NCBI GenBank assembly: GCA_038230375.1
Contig: JBBRNJ010000096.1
Span: forward strand, 1 to 30,942
DNA length: 30,942 bases
Source of the DNA: Polyangiales bacterium
GTDB taxonomy: Bacteria > Myxococcota_A > Polyangia > Polyangiales > Polyangiaceae
Direction: 5' to 3'
In this document: positions 10,052 to 17,759 of the stretch, piece by piece
Numbering within the stretch: the stretch's first letter is position 1
Layout of the letters: each line of letters opens with the position of its first letter
Notes under the pieces: model-generated
What the model was told of the DNA's origin: nothing
Database searches by the model: none
Seen by the model: the letters and a program-made list of their open reading frames with translations, nothing else
Position numbers and translations under genes: made by a program

Positions 10052-10152
10052 CAAATCAGACGTACACCTGACAGGTGTACATGGATTCGCATTTTTGCGG
10101 TAAATGCTGGGATTTTTGCCGCGTTTGTACACCCGGTAGGTGTACAGATTTG
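10052..10152. repeat. Double-palindrome element: two (T/C)GTACACC-N5-GGTGTACA sites inside imperfect terminal inverted repeats
   Basis: Palindromes at 10061-10081 and 10126-10146. CAAATC at 10052-10057 and GATTTG at 10147-10152. AT-rich core. Confidence 0.8.
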
Positions 10153-10192
10153 GAGGTAGCTTGGTGGAGGGCCGACGCCCGCGAACCTTTGG

Positions 10193-10822
10193 TTACAGCG
10201 AGACGACGGGGCCGCGGAAGCCCTGCGTGCGGTCCTTCAGGCCATTCACGAAGTCGCCCGCGCCGTCGCGTAGCTCTTCGTCCACCATGGACTGGGGCGC
10301 CGGGATCTTCGGGTCGAGGAGCACGTCCACGGAGAGGAGCGAGTGCGTTGCGTCGACGGGCTTGATGGTGATCTTGGTGTGACCACGCGTCATGTCGCCC
10401 CTGATGCCGCGACCTTCGATGGTATGCGTTCCGGTGTCCACGTGGTCCGGGCTGAAGCGCATCACCTCGAAGAGCTCGATCTTCACGGGACCGATCTTCA
10501 CCGGGTAGCGCATGTAGACGTCCGTCTGGCCCGCCTCTTTTCCGATGATGCGCGCGGTGGAGAACTTGGGGTGGAGGTCCTTGTAGTGACCGAAGTCAGC
10601 GGCAGCCTTCGCGAGATCGTCCGCGTTGGAGGCGACCAGCGCCTCTGCGTGTCCGTAGCGAGAGCTCGTTCCGTGATTCCACTTCAGCGTGCCTTTCGCT
10701 GCCAGGAGACGCGCGACCTGCGGGTCAGTTGTATCCGCGGAAGCGAGGCCGGGGGCGAGCGCCATGGCAGAGAGGCCGGTGACGGCGAGGAGCACTGAAC
10801 GGACGCGACGGGGAAAGCGCAT
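10193..10822 (-). CDS. Exported START/SRPBCC (polyketide-cyclase-like) protein
   Basis: Signal peptide ending ASA, then GHAEALV..., DFGHYKDLHP, and C-terminal PKIPAPQSMVDEEL helix typical of helix-grip proteins. Confidence 0.75.
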   Translation of the reverse strand: MRFPRRVRSVLLAVTGLSAMALAPGLASADTTDPQVARLLAAKGTLKWNHGTSSRYGHAEALVASNADDLAKAAADFGHYKDLHPKFSTARIIGKEAGQTDVYMRYPVKIGPVKIELFEVMRFSPDHVDTGTHTIEGRGIRGDMTRGHTKITIKPVDATHSLLSVDVLLDPKIPAPQSMVDEELRDGAGDFVNGLKDRTQGFRGPVVSL

Positions 10823-10840
10823 TGAGTATGCGCCGGTAGC

Positions 10841-10856
10841 TGCAGATCTCGTGCCC
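10841..10856 (-). promoter_or_regulatory. Sigma-54 (-24/-12) promoter
   Basis: GGGCAC-GAGAT-CTGCA (GG-N10-GC), ending 18 nt upstream of ATG 10822. Confidence 0.65.
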
Positions 10857-10990
10857 GGGGCCGTGGAGGGCTCGGTTCATGAAGCACCGTCCAGTTCCTG
10901 AGGGATCTCGTGTGTGGAAAGCGCCGTGCCCAGACCCCCGGCTGGCGCAGCGATCATGGTCGTGGCGCAGAGGTCACAACACCTGCGTTG

Positions 10991-11731
10991 TCATCGAGCC
11001 ACAGTCTCACTTCCGTCAGCCCAGATAGCTCCGTGCGCGTGGCTCTCTTCCGACACTGTCGGGTCGGCGACATAGAAATAGGCGGCGACGGAGGCGCGAA
11101 ACCTGTCCTCCGGGCAGGCGAGCGGCGATGGATGACCATGCCAGTAGTCGTCGCCGTGGGTCATGACGATCAGGCGGTCGAGCACCGGCGGATAGCTGGC
11201 TTCGCACTTCGTTCGCTCGCGGTCCCACAGCTCCAGCGCACCGCCCCACGAGCTCTGCCAGTCCGCGGACAGGTAGTAGAGCGCTGTGAGCTTGCGCTCG
11301 AGGTGGCGCGTGCGATCGCGATTGAAGTCCGCATGCAGCGCGAGATGACCACCAGGCAGGGTGAGCGAGAGCCCCGCGCCGCGGAAGTGTGGATCCGGGA
11401 TGAGCCCCGTCATGCCTGTGAGCGTCTCCAGAAAATCCAGGAACGCCATGCCGGACAGCTCGGCGAGCAGATGGCGGATGCTGGGGTCCACGCCCTGGAA
11501 CCCCACGCGCTGCAGCTGCCCCATGCGCGCCGACTGCTCCTTGTAGTCGCGACGCTTCCACCCGGGATGGTCGGGTCCCGGGAAGCGCGGCGCGAGCTCC
11601 CGTGCGAGCTCGTCACCGAGGAAGCCGTCGAACACTGCGTGTGGATACGGACGTGCGTCGCGGTATCCGTTGCGCGCGGACATGGCGCGCTCGTGCAGCT
11701 GCGTGCGGTCCAGGAAGAAGCAAGGCTGCAT
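10991..11731 (-). CDS. 2OG-Fe(II) oxygenase (prolyl-hydroxylase-like)
   Basis: PYPHAVFDGFL, LIPDPHFRGAG, HADFN (HxD), WGGALELW, WHGHP, R.S. Start moved to ATG 11731. Confidence 0.9.
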   Translation of the reverse strand: MQPCFFLDRTQLHERAMSARNGYRDARPYPHAVFDGFLGDELARELAPRFPGPDHPGWKRRDYKEQSARMGQLQRVGFQGVDPSIRHLLAELSGMAFLDFLETLTGMTGLIPDPHFRGAGLSLTLPGGHLALHADFNRDRTRHLERKLTALYYLSADWQSSWGGALELWDRERTKCEASYPPVLDRLIVMTHGDDYWHGHPSPLACPEDRFRASVAAYFYVADPTVSEESHAHGAIWADGSETVAR

Positions 11732-11751
11732 CGGTGGAATGGGACCGCCGC

Positions 11752-12423
11752 TCAGTCGTTCATCGCGCCGTTGTCGATCCACTCGGCGATCAGATCGATC
11801 TTCTCCTGGCTCAGCGGGGTGCCGCCCAGCGGCATGCGCGAGCCGCAGTCGTTCGTGCCGTTCACCTTGTTCCAGATGAGGCTCTTCGCGTGGTCGTTCG
11901 GCAAGACGCGTGTCTCCGCCTTCGGGCCGCACGCAGGGCCAGCGGAGGTGACGCCGACCAGGTTTGCGTATGCAAGGGCCTGCGAGCCCATGTTGAGCTT
12001 GCCAGAAGCGAAGGCGCCCGCGTGGCAGCCGTTGCACGTGCCGTTGATGATGATGCCGTAGACGTTCGTGAACGTAGGGTCGACGCCGGCGTCTCCTGGC
12101 GGCGAACCGTCGAAGCTCGCGTCGATGTCGGCGTCGTCCCCACCGTCGTCGCCGCCATCGTCCGTCGCGGCGTCATCCATGGCGGCGTCGGCGCTTGCGT
12201 CGCCAGCGCTCGTGGCGTCGCTGGTGGCGTCGGCGGCGGTCCCTGCGTCCTTGCCGCGGGTGCCGGCGTCGTGGGCCGTGACGCTCCCATCCAGGGAGGA
12301 GCTCCCATCGCCGGCCGATGCGTCCTTGGCGCCGCCGCCACTCACCGAATCATCGGTGGAGCAAGCGGTGAAGAGGGCCGCGGCAATCGCGACCGAGCCG
12401 ACGAACGGGATGATGTGGCGCAC
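11752..12423 (-). CDS. Lipoprotein monoheme c-type cytochrome with long acidic linker
   Basis: Lipobox LFTAC, Asp/Ala/Gly linker, CNGCH heme motif, distal RMP...LS.E.IDLI.EWI.NGA. Confidence 0.85.
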   Translation of the reverse strand: MRHIIPFVGSVAIAAALFTACSTDDSVSGGGAKDASAGDGSSSLDGSVTAHDAGTRGKDAGTAADATSDATSAGDASADAAMDDAATDDGGDDGGDDADIDASFDGSPPGDAGVDPTFTNVYGIIINGTCNGCHAGAFASGKLNMGSQALAYANLVGVTSAGPACGPKAETRVLPNDHAKSLIWNKVNGTNDCGSRMPLGGTPLSQEKIDLIAEWIDNGAMND

Positions 12424-12516
12424 CCGTAGATCTTACCTGAATCTCCCCCGCGGGAACGACTGCGACGTATTCTGCTCCCGATCGGAGACAACGCTCGATG
12501 GGAGCCCACGCTTGAG

Positions 12517-12783
12517 GTGGAGAGCCGCTTCGAGACCGTTGTCCGCCCTGGCGACGCGCCGATGCACGTGGGAGACGTGGTGATGCTCGGAGAGACTCGC
12601 ATCGAGGTCGTGAGCGAGAAGGCCGGCTCACCGACCACGCTGGCAGTGACGTTCGATCGACCGCTGGACGATCCGTCGCTGGCGATCGTCATCTGGAAGG
12701 ACGGAGCGATCAGGAGGCTGCCCGCACTGGTAATCGGCGGCTCCATCGAGCTCCGGCACGAGAAGGGCCCCGTGGGGTTCTGA
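12517..12783 (+). pseudogene. Probable C-terminal fragment of a larger myxobacterial membrane protein (or an 88-aa hypothetical protein)
   Basis: Coding-like codon usage. 'VTFDRPLDDPSL..WKDG' recalls C-termini of large myxobacterial membrane proteins (recollection, unsearched). In-frame TAG at 12427 leaves no room for an N-terminal body. Confidence 0.4.
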
Positions 12784-12822
12784 CGTCGCAACGCGCGTGC
12801 CTTCTGTGTCATCCTACGCGGC

Positions 12823-13302
12823 ATGACGACTCCCCTCGAGCAGATCCCGGTGAAGACGGTGGATGGTGCGGCCTCCAGCCTTGGCGCGTTTGGTGGCAAG
12901 GTTCGCCTGGTCGTGAACGTCGCGTCGGCGTGCGGGCTGACGCCGCAGTACACCGCGCTCGAGGCGGTCTATCGCAAGTACAAGGCACGGGGCTTCGAGG
13001 TGCTCGCGTTTCCCGCGAACGAGTTCGGCGCGCAGGAGCCCGGCACCGACGCGGAGATCAAGTCCTTCTGCAGCACCAAGTACGACGTGACCTTCCCGGT
13101 GTTCTCCAAGATCGTCGTGAAGGGTGACGGGCAACACCCGCTCTACGCCGCGCTCACCAGTGGCAAGGACATCACGTGGAACTTCGAAAAATTCCTCGTA
13201 GATCGTGACGGCAACGTCGCGGAGCGCTTCACGCCGGACGTCACGCCGGACTCGGAGAAGGTCACTGCGGCAATCGAGAAGGCGCTCGGCCCCGCCGCGT
13301 AA
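12823..13302 (+). CDS. gpx: Glutathione peroxidase family, Cys-type (BtuE/Gpx-like)
   Basis: VVNVASACGLTPQY, LAFPANEFGAQEPG, ITWNFEKFLVD. Confidence 0.96.
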   Translation: MTTPLEQIPVKTVDGAASSLGAFGGKVRLVVNVASACGLTPQYTALEAVYRKYKARGFEVLAFPANEFGAQEPGTDAEIKSFCSTKYDVTFPVFSKIVVKGDGQHPLYAALTSGKDITWNFEKFLVDRDGNVAERFTPDVTPDSEKVTAAIEKALGPAA

Positions 13303-13348
13303 CGCCTGCCGCAGTCCATGGAGGATGCGAGGCGAGCTTGGGCTGACC

Positions 13349-13402
13349 CTCGACTTCGACCTCGACCTCGACCTCGACCTCGACCTCGACGACGACCTCG
13401 AC
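13349..13402 (+). repeat. Hexamer array (NNCGAC)x9, mostly CTCGAC
   Basis: CTCGAC TTCGAC (CTCGAC)x5 GACGAC CTCGAC between convergent genes. Confidence 0.95.
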
Positions 13403-13405
13403 CCT

Positions 13406-13768
13406 TCACTTCTTTCTCGTTGTTGCCTTTGGCTTCAGGGCGGACACGTACTTCAGGCTTGCTGCGAAGTGCTTTGCTAGCTCCTTTGTCTTCTCGAGGA
13501 GCGCGGGCGGGACGTCGACGTATTCCTTCTGAATGATGCCGTGCTGCTCGCTCAGCTTCGTGTCGTACTTCTCGAGGAATGCTTCGCGTGCTTCGGTTGG
13601 CAGGCGGAGCGCCACGACGCCGGTCTTTCCCAGGTAGCTCCACATGTGGCCGTTCGTGGAGGTGTACGGCATGGTGGCTCCCTTTCGTTCTGCTCCGGCC
13701 GTGGCGGTCACGACCTTCTCGTAGAGGGCGACCTTGTCTTCGGGTGCGTTGGGTGCGGCCTTGGCCAT
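13406..13768 (-). CDS. TfoX N-terminal-like protein
   Basis: MPYTSTNGHMW...VALRLP...KEYVDVP..LL...S..YV.ALKPK pattern. SD GAGGA, 14 nt after the sigma stop. Confidence 0.7.
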   Translation of the reverse strand: MAKAAPNAPEDKVALYEKVVTATAGAERKGATMPYTSTNGHMWSYLGKTGVVALRLPTEAREAFLEKYDTKLSEQHGIIQKEYVDVPPALLEKTKELAKHFAASLKYVSALKPKATTRKK

Positions 13769-13782
13769 TCGGGTCCTCGCGT

Positions 13783-15018
13783 TCAGAGACTTCGCAGCTG
13801 CTTCTGCAGGAACGCGCGCTCTACCTGGTTCGTCGCGAAGCCCAGCGCGCGCTCGTACGCGGCCCTTGCGTCCGCCGTGCGACCCAGCCGGCGCAGGAGG
13901 TCGGCCTCCGCCGCGTGGAGCAGGTGATGCTCCGTCAGCACGCCGCGCGCCTTCATGTCGCGCACGCGCAAGAGGCCATCCGCGGGGCCCGACGCCATCG
14001 CGATGGCCACGGCCTCGTTCAGCTCCACCAGCGGCGAGTCCGCCCGCTCGCGCAGAAGCTTGTATAATGCAGCTATCTGCGTGAAGTCCGTCTCCGCATA
14101 CGTCTTTGCTTCGTCGTGCAGCGCCTGGATGGAAGCCTCGATTGCGTAGTGGTCGACCTCGCCCGGCTTCCTGAGCGACTCCTCCAGCAGCGCCTTGCCG
14201 CGCTCCACCTGCGGACGGTCCCAGAGCGCGCGTTCCTGGTCCGCGAGGAGCACCAGCTCCCCGTCCGCCGACACGCGCGCTGGCCTCCGCGCATCGATCA
14301 AGAGCAGCAGCGCCAGCAGGGAGAGCGGCTCACGGCGCTCTGGCAACAGCGCACGAAGCAGCTGCGAGAGTCGCAGTGCCTCGGCAGCAAGGTCCACGCG
14401 CAAGAGGGACGCGCCGCCGGTCGCGACGTAGCCCTCGTTGAAGATCGCGTACACCACGTCGAGCACGGCGACCATGCGCTCGCCGAGCTCGCTCTGCTCG
14501 GGCACCTCGTAGGGGATCTTCGCCGCGCGGATCTTGTTCTTCGCGCGCACCAGCCGCTGCGCCATCGTCACCTCGGGTACCGCGAACGCGCGGGCGACCT
14601 CCTCGGTGGACAGCCCGGAGAGCAGGCGCAGCGCCAGTGCGACCTGCGCGTCCGCGGACAGCGCGGGGTGGCAGCAAGTGAAGATGAGGCGAAGCTGATC
14701 ATCCGGGAAGGACTCGCTGTCGGGCGCATCGTCCCACGCCGGCTCCATCGCGCGGCCCAGCTCCTCGTGCACGCGCTCCGACATCTTGTGGTGGCGGAGC
14801 GCGTCGGTCGCCTTGTGCGCGGCGGCGCGATAGAGCCACGCGCGCGGGTTGTCGGGTAGGCCTTCCGTGGGCCACTGCGCGAACGCCGCCTCGAACGCGC
14901 GATCGACCGCCTCTTCGGCGATGTCGAGGCTCTGCGTCCGCTTCGCCATCGTCGCGACGAGCGCGCGCCGCTCCCGCTGCACGAGCTCCGCGAGGATGGC
15001 GGTGGTCTGGGTGTCCAC
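13783..15018 (-). CDS. ECF42-type sigma-70 factor with C-terminal TPR-like extension
   Basis: WP.EG.PDNPRAWL, DDQLRLIFTCCHPAL, TMAQRLVRAK.KI, YAIFNEGY, L.DQER.LWDR, V.LN.AVA. Adjacent to a YCII gene. GTG 15018 preferred; the ORF can extend to 15081. Confidence 0.92.
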   Translation of the reverse strand: MDTQTTAILAELVQRERRALVATMAKRTQSLDIAEEAVDRAFEAAFAQWPTEGLPDNPRAWLYRAAAHKATDALRHHKMSERVHEELGRAMEPAWDDAPDSESFPDDQLRLIFTCCHPALSADAQVALALRLLSGLSTEEVARAFAVPEVTMAQRLVRAKNKIRAAKIPYEVPEQSELGERMVAVLDVVYAIFNEGYVATGGASLLRVDLAAEALRLSQLLRALLPERREPLSLLALLLLIDARRPARVSADGELVLLADQERALWDRPQVERGKALLEESLRKPGEVDHYAIEASIQALHDEAKTYAETDFTQIAALYKLLRERADSPLVELNEAVAIAMASGPADGLLRVRDMKARGVLTEHHLLHAAEADLLRRLGRTADARAAYERALGFATNQVERAFLQKQLRSL

Positions 15019-15077
15019 GGCGTGAGGATAGTTCACGCCGTGGCCCGACCCAAGCATCGACGCGCACGCAGGCGCAA

Positions 15078-15821
15078 TCACATCGCCATGTCCATGATCG
15101 GGCGCACCTCGATGGTGCCGATCTCGGCCGACGGCACCTTCGACGCGATGGCGACCGCCTCGTCCAGGTTGTGCGCACGCACGCGGTAGTAGCCGCCGAG
15201 CTGCTCCTTGGTCTCCGCGAACGGGCCATCCGTCACGGTGCGCTTGCCGTCGCGCACGCGGACGATCTTCGCGCTCTTCGCGCTGGCGAGCGGGTCACCG
15301 GCGACGAACTGTCCCTCGTTGCGGATGGCCGTGGTGAACGTGCCGTAGGCCGTGAAGAGCTCGTTGCGCCGTGCTTCGCTCAGCTTCGCCCACTCCTCTT
15401 CACGGTCGTAGATGAGGACGATGTAGTCCTTCGTGCCGGTGGAGGTCGTGCCGGCCTTGCTGTCCATGCTGGGCATCTGCATGTCGGCGAGCTTGCGGAC
15501 CTCGATCGCGCCGGTCTTTGCGCCGGGGATCTTCGCGGCCCACTCCACGGCCTCCGCCTCGTCCTTCGCGTCGACCGAGTAGTAGCCGCCGAGCTGCTCC
15601 TTGGTCTCCGCGAACGGGCCGTCGCTCACGGAGCGCTTCTTGTCGCGGACGCGAACGCAGGTGGCGGTGCTGACCGGCTCGAGTGGCGCGGCGTCACCAC
15701 CGCGACCCGTTGCAAACAGCTCCTTGGAGAACGCGCGGTACGCGTCCATGACGGCGGCGCCTGCCTCCTTGGTGGTCGGACGGGCGGACTCGGACTCGTG
15801 GATGAGAAGAACGTATTTCAT
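15078..15821 (-). CDS. Tandem two-domain YCII/DGPF protein
   Basis: Two DGPFAETKEQLGGYY...A..P.A..G.IEVR units. SD AAGGAG. Confidence 0.93.
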   Translation of the reverse strand: MKYVLLIHESESARPTTKEAGAAVMDAYRAFSKELFATGRGGDAAPLEPVSTATCVRVRDKKRSVSDGPFAETKEQLGGYYSVDAKDEAEAVEWAAKIPGAKTGAIEVRKLADMQMPSMDSKAGTTSTGTKDYIVLIYDREEEWAKLSEARRNELFTAYGTFTTAIRNEGQFVAGDPLASAKSAKIVRVRDGKRTVTDGPFAETKEQLGGYYRVRAHNLDEAVAIASKVPSAEIGTIEVRPIMDMAM

Positions 15822-16543
15822 GGTGATTGGCTCCTTCGTGAGTGAGTCGAGCGACGAGGCCCGGGATCGACACCGGTCGCAATTATTTTTTCAAGGCACT
15901 GTTTCCAGTGCTTTTTCCATGTAAGCGAACGTGTGAACGCGTTCTCCAGTGCCGCGGTGTCGTCCGCGTCAGCCTGGTCTTCGCGGGCGTTCCATTCGTC
16001 CTCGAAGAGGAGCGACGTGGCGCCAACAGCGAGCGACGGAAATGCGCCATCGGCGACCTCGCCGACAGCCACGATGTCGAGGCGAATGAAGAGCTCCGCG
16101 ATCGCGCGCTGCCATCTCCGGTCGAACTCGCCGCCGCGCAGGCCCGCGCTCTCGCGCAGCGCCTTGGTCGACATGGGCGAGTCGTCCTGCAGGACCGCCA
16201 GCACGTCGCGTGCGTCGGGCGAGCGTGCGGCCCGCGACGCATGCAGCGACACGCCCGCGAGCATCGCGCGGAAGACCGGCAGGGAGAAGAACGTGGCGCG
16301 ATTGCGGAACCACTTGGCGTAGACGACCTTTCGGCTCTCGGCCAGGCGCATGCGCAGATGCCAGAGCGACACGACGTGATCATCCGCGTCGTCGGTCCAC
16401 TCCCATCGCATCTTCTCGCCGGGGTGTGCGACGGAGAACAGCGACGGCGGCTCTGGCTTGTTTGCGAGCGGGTACACGAGCAGGATGCCGTGCGTGTCGA
16501 TCGCCTTCTTCGCACGCGCGAACGTGAGGTTGCCAGGAGCCAT
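15818..16543 (-). CDS. AlkZ-related winged-helix protein
   Basis: W.W..........LW.....L....KVVYAKWFRNRATFFS and a wHTH-like segment (L....PMSTKALRE..GL). Stop overlaps the YCII start (ATGA). Confidence 0.6.
   Translation of the reverse strand: MAPGNLTFARAKKAIDTHGILLVYPLANKPEPPSLFSVAHPGEKMRWEWTDDADDHVVSLWHLRMRLAESRKVVYAKWFRNRATFFSLPVFRAMLAGVSLHASRAARSPDARDVLAVLQDDSPMSTKALRESAGLRGGEFDRRWQRAIAELFIRLDIVAVGEVADGAFPSLAVGATSLLFEDEWNAREDQADADDTAALENAFTRSLTWKKHWKQCLEKIIATGVDPGPRRSTHSRRSQSP
15846..15872 (-). promoter_or_regulatory. ECF42-type autoregulatory promoter
   Basis: TGTCGA-N17-CGAC, matching the ECF42 consensus as I recall it (TGTCGA / CG(A/T)C). AT-rich UP-like tract at 15881-15891. Confidence 0.75.
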
Positions 16544-16570
16544 GCAAGGCTATCCTACGCGCGCGGCTGG

Positions 16571-17515
16571 CTACGGAGTAGCGGGAGAAACGGGCTCGGT
16601 GGGGGCCGGAGACGCGGGCGTCGGGGCCGCGTTCGGCTCGCCGCAGCAGCGCATGCCCTGCTGGTAGAGCACGTGCTGCGGGCCGTGGATGCGCGTGGTG
16701 GGCTTGCAGCGCGTGCGCACCGGTCCCCAGTAGCCGCCCTTCATGATGGAGGGGTTGCCGGTCTTCTCCGTGGAGCGCGTCCACTCATCGACGTTGCCCG
16801 TCATGTCGAAGACACCGAACGGGCTCTTGCATTTCGGGCGCGAGCCGGACTGCACGCCTTGCCAGAGTTGATCGAGCTCGAGCATCGCCGCCCGGCCTCC
16901 GCGCCCACGTGCCCACGAGCCCGACCAGAGCCGCCACCGATGATCCACGACGCACGCGTCGCCGTCGCGGACGTAACCGTAGGGATAGGGCATGGCCTCC
17001 TCGCCCTCGCAGGCGAACGTCCACTCGTCCTCGGTGCAGAGACGGCGACCTTCCTTCTGACAGAGCGCGCCGGCCTCGTTCCAGTCGACGAGGATCATCG
17101 GGAACTCGCCCTTCTTGTTCGGATACTCGAAGCGGTCGATGCAGAAATGCATCTCGCGCTGAGGCAGGCTCGCCGTGATCTTGAGCCACTTGTCGCGGTC
17201 GAACACGGCGCAGCGCTCGGGCCAGTCGCGGTTGATCCAGTTCGTGCAGACGCTCTGCTGCAGCGTGTCGCCGGCGAGGCGCATCTTGCCGCTCACCTCG
17301 ATCATTCCGGGGGCGCATGCGCCGCGGTTGCCTTCTGCGGCGTCGGTGACGTCGGCCGCCTCGCCCTCATCGCCCTTGATCTGCCAGTGCTTGCCGTCGA
17401 TGAGGCGCCACTCGTGCGTGGGCGTCGCGGGCGCAGCCGCCTCCGTTCGGCCTGTGATGAGCAGGACGAGCGGCACGGAGACCGCGCCGATGGCGCCAAG
17501 AATTCGCAGAGACAT
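16571..17515 (-). CDS. Exported formylglycine-generating-enzyme (FGE-sulfatase/SUMF1) domain protein
   Basis: C.PGM, FCIDRFEYPN, RRLCTEDEWTFAC, YPYG, SPFGVFDMTGNVDEW, KGGYW, G.RCC. Start moved to ATG 17515. Confidence 0.9.
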   Translation of the reverse strand: MSLRILGAIGAVSVPLVLLITGRTEAAAPATPTHEWRLIDGKHWQIKGDEGEAADVTDAAEGNRGACAPGMIEVSGKMRLAGDTLQQSVCTNWINRDWPERCAVFDRDKWLKITASLPQREMHFCIDRFEYPNKKGEFPMILVDWNEAGALCQKEGRRLCTEDEWTFACEGEEAMPYPYGYVRDGDACVVDHRWRLWSGSWARGRGGRAAMLELDQLWQGVQSGSRPKCKSPFGVFDMTGNVDEWTRSTEKTGNPSIMKGGYWGPVRTRCKPTTRIHGPQHVLYQQGMRCCGEPNAAPTPASPAPTEPVSPATP

Positions 17516-17759
17516 TCGCACTGAACGGGCCACCGTAGCCGCACACCCCGCCACGGCAAAGCTCTGCGGCGGCAGCGCCGGCTCGTTCGGCCCTCGGTCA
17601 GAACGGCCATACAGGATTGAAGTACGTGTACGAGTAGATGCCTGCTTCGCACATTGGAGCCGTTGACGGATGATGACGTCCAATTGTGATCAGTGGGTGA
17701 CAGAAGCACGTTGGCGCTTCGACGAGCGAATGAGTCGTGGCACTTTTCGTCTGTCGATC

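Noticed and set aside
7740..10103. 787-aa plus-strand ORF
   Set aside because: Antisense shadow of zwf and the lipoprotein. High-GC codon bias removes stops on the opposite strand, and it has no recognisable motifs.
10061..10146. Palindromes as dif, parS, HexR or TyrR sites
   Set aside because: Arm sequence and spacing do not match those consensus motifs as I know them.
12823..13302. Selenocysteine in the glutathione peroxidase
   Set aside because: The active-site codon is TGC (Cys) and there is no in-frame TGA.
13143..13643. ORFs giving RGRGRG, RPRPRP, DLDLDL or RSRSKS peptides across the hexamer arrays (also 20176-20763, 28809-29159, 28900-29316)
   Set aside because: They overlap real genes or the tRNA and lack initiation signals. 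Synonymous patterns conflict between arrays (Leu-synonymous forward in one, Glu-synonymous reverse in others), favouring a nucleic-acid-level role.
15842..17524. 560-aa plus-strand ORF, and similar long antisense ORFs (507-1235, 22761-23771, 25505-26737, 27446-29230)
   Set aside because: Each mirrors well-supported genes on the other strand and has Arg/Ala/His-rich shadow composition.
17738..17753. TGGCAC-TTTTC-GTCTG as a sigma-54 promoter
   Set aside because: It lacks the -12 GC dinucleotide. An ECF-like GAAT-N16-CGTC reading is possible but too weak to call.
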